Part shown: one piece after another, positions 62,466 to 64,000 of the stretch | Numbering within the stretch: the stretch's first letter is position 1 | Layout of the letters: the number at the start of each line of letters is the position of its first letter | Source: a virus | Lineage: Duplodnaviria > Caudoviricetes | Strand: one strand, 5' to 3' | Virus record (IMG/VR): IMGVR_UViG_3300006903_000002 | Span: 1,494-65,493 of that record | Length of the DNA stretch: 64,000 nucleotides | Program-made: the position numbers and the translations under genes | Notes under the pieces: generated by a model | Database searches by the model: none | Told to the model about the DNA's origin: nothing | Seen by the model: the letters and a program-made list of their open reading frames with translations, nothing else

Positions 62466-62657
62466 ATGACTCGTAAAGACTACGTGAGGATTGCGCAGGC
62501 ACTAAAGATGTCGCGTCCGCAGGTTCATGAAGGACGTAACATCGAATACTCCCGATGGTTTCAATCTGTTCTGCGTCTTGCCGACGCATTGCAGGATGAC
62601 AATCCACGTTTCAATCGAAGCCGCTTTTATGTTGCGGCGGGAGTATCGCAAGGATGA
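62466..62657 (+). CDS. conserved small phage early protein
   Basis: MTRKDYVRIA...LADAL..DNPRFNRSRF. Confidence 0.8.
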   Translation: MTRKDYVRIAQALKMSRPQVHEGRNIEYSRWFQSVLRLADALQDDNPRFNRSRFYVAAGVSQG

Positions 62658-63067
62658 CTCCATTCATACAGAGGCATCACGAATGCGCCCTTGCATCACT
62701 TTGTTGGCTAACAGACACCGACTATGAGACGGCAAGCGACTTATTCAAGCTTGAAAATCCTTTGCCGTGGGGAGGCGTCACAAGCATAGAAGGTGCGGAC
62801 AAATGGTGGGTTCCGTTCATACGGAAGTGGTTCAACCTCCCGGTTGGGATAGAATTTTTCAGCACAGCAAACGACAAAGACGCTTACATTCCAAGCGGAA
62901 ACGATAATGGGTTACTCCTCATGAAGCGGTATGGGAGTCATGGGGCAGCACTCAAGGACGGAATGGTGTTTGACCCGGAATATGGAACAGTCGAGCCACT
63001 CAACGACTATGTGACGCAAAGAGAAGCGGACGGATGGACAATCTGTGGAGTGAGACGTGTTTCCTGA
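62654..63067 (+). CDS. papain/C39-like cysteine peptidase-like protein
   Basis: Q...ECALASL...HGAAL...FDP fits a Cys-His-Asp triad. Confidence 0.5.
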   Translation: MTPFIQRHHECALASLCWLTDTDYETASDLFKLENPLPWGGVTSIEGADKWWVPFIRKWFNLPVGIEFFSTANDKDAYIPSGNDNGLLLMKRYGSHGAALKDGMVFDPEYGTVEPLNDYVTQREADGWTICGVRRVS

Positions 63068-63509
63068 ATACATCGGAAGGTTTAGTGGCCTACCGACGCA
63101 AGTCGTGGGAAGGTGGTGGGGAGTCGGCAAACGCGGGTCAATAAGACGCAGGAAGTTGACCGACAAGCAAGTTTACGATATACGTCAAATGGCTGAAGTT
63201 TCGCCAGCGGATTGGAGCCTTCATAAAAAGGCTAAGCATATTCGTGTGGCACTCAATTTGCAAGTAACGGTGAGGACGGTAATTGACGTAGTGTCAAATG
63301 CTACGCATGTGGAGACAAGCTGATGGATTTGAAGATTGACCCAAAAGCCTTCAGGCAAGCGTGCGTTAAGGAGCAAGAGGAAGTGGTCGAAGCCCTTGAC
63401 AATCCTTTGCTTGCCAGACAGCATTGCTGCAATGTTTGGACAAACAGTTCTCAATGACATGAAGACCAGCGCCAAAACACCAACTAAGCACAACAAAAGG
63501 AGAAGTTGG

Positions 63510-63908
63510 ATGAGAAATAAACATGTTAGTCCGTTTGTGCAAGAGGTTTTGCGTAAGCGGCGGGATGAGGCAATCGAAGCAATCGAGCGGAAGGTCAAGA
63601 GAGAAGTTGATGAGGCACGGAGTGAGGCGCTAGATGACCCGCACGTTGCGGCTGTGTTGGCGGCGCGAAATGAACTTGAACGGGCAGAAAAGGCGGCAAG
63701 CAAGGCGGGGTTCACCTTCGGCTTATACAAACCACATGAGGTAGTAGTAAGGAAGGTTGAAGAGAAGTTGAGGGCTGCGGCAAACGGTGTGGTGGCGAGG
63801 GTGCGAAGGGAATTCGAAGCCACAATGCTCGCAATGATTGGCGGTGAGGACATCGCGCAAGCGATTAAGGACTTCGAAAAGCGCCTCTCAACTATAGTGA
63901 AGGAGTAA
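63510..63908 (+). CDS. coiled-coil hypothetical protein
   Basis: SD AGGAG before MRNKH; E/K/R/A-rich. Confidence 0.65.
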   Translation: MRNKHVSPFVQEVLRKRRDEAIEAIERKVKREVDEARSEALDDPHVAAVLAARNELERAEKAASKAGFTFGLYKPHEVVVRKVEEKLRAAANGVVARVRREFEATMLAMIGGEDIAQAIKDFEKRLSTIVKE

Positions 63909-63911
63909 GAG

Positions 63912-63928
63912 CGGCACGCACATTGCAT
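63912..63928 (+). promoter_or_regulatory. sigma54-like -24/-12 element
   Basis: CGGCACG-CACA-TTGCAT is nearly the TGGCACG-N4-TTGCW consensus; GGAGG follows. Confidence 0.55.
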
Positions 63929-64000
63929 ATATAATGTGCAGGAGGTTTTTAGGAAAATGGACCGATGGTATATTCGTTGTGCGGACTGTCTCAGCATTGG

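Noticed and set aside
63396-63434. Leaderless sigma70 promoter TTGACA-N17-CAGCAT
   Set aside because: The -10 box is poor and a better SD-led start exists at 63510; not supportable without TSS data
1-64000. CRISPR array, integrase, reverse transcriptase/DGR or transposon
   Set aside because: No repeat-spacer array, recombinase, YxDD reverse transcriptase or transposase motifs seen; the Cas4-like nuclease fits a phage recombination module

Overview
This window is most of a lytic, podovirus-like bacteriophage genome. It starts inside a gene, and no integrase or tape-measure gene is seen. The plus strand (1-31.7 kb and 60.2-64 kb) carries early, metabolic and replication genes: a MoxR/CobS-type ATPase with a VWA partner, a PD-(D/E)XK nuclease, Sak4-like ATPase and SSB, the NAD salvage pair NMNAT+NAMPT, NADAR, an RNA ligase, a UDG-fused PolA and nucleotide-pool enzymes. 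The minus strand (31.6-59.4 kb) carries terminase, portal, scaffold, capsid, short-tail, lysis and internal virion genes. I folded 24 tRNA genes by eye; they cover all 20 amino acids. The most unusual signals are non-coding: (1) a circularly permuted, two-piece tRNA-like RNA of about 400 nt; (2) three early intergenic cassettes with conserved flanks but different, fully compensated palindromes over the -10 box; (3) repeated sigma54-like GG-N10-GC elements before early genes; (4) A18/G55 elbow covariation in 10 tRNAs; (5) stop codons buried inside tRNA genes, including that of a release-factor-like gene with GGS instead of GGQ. All calls come from motif recognition and manual folding; no database searches were run.
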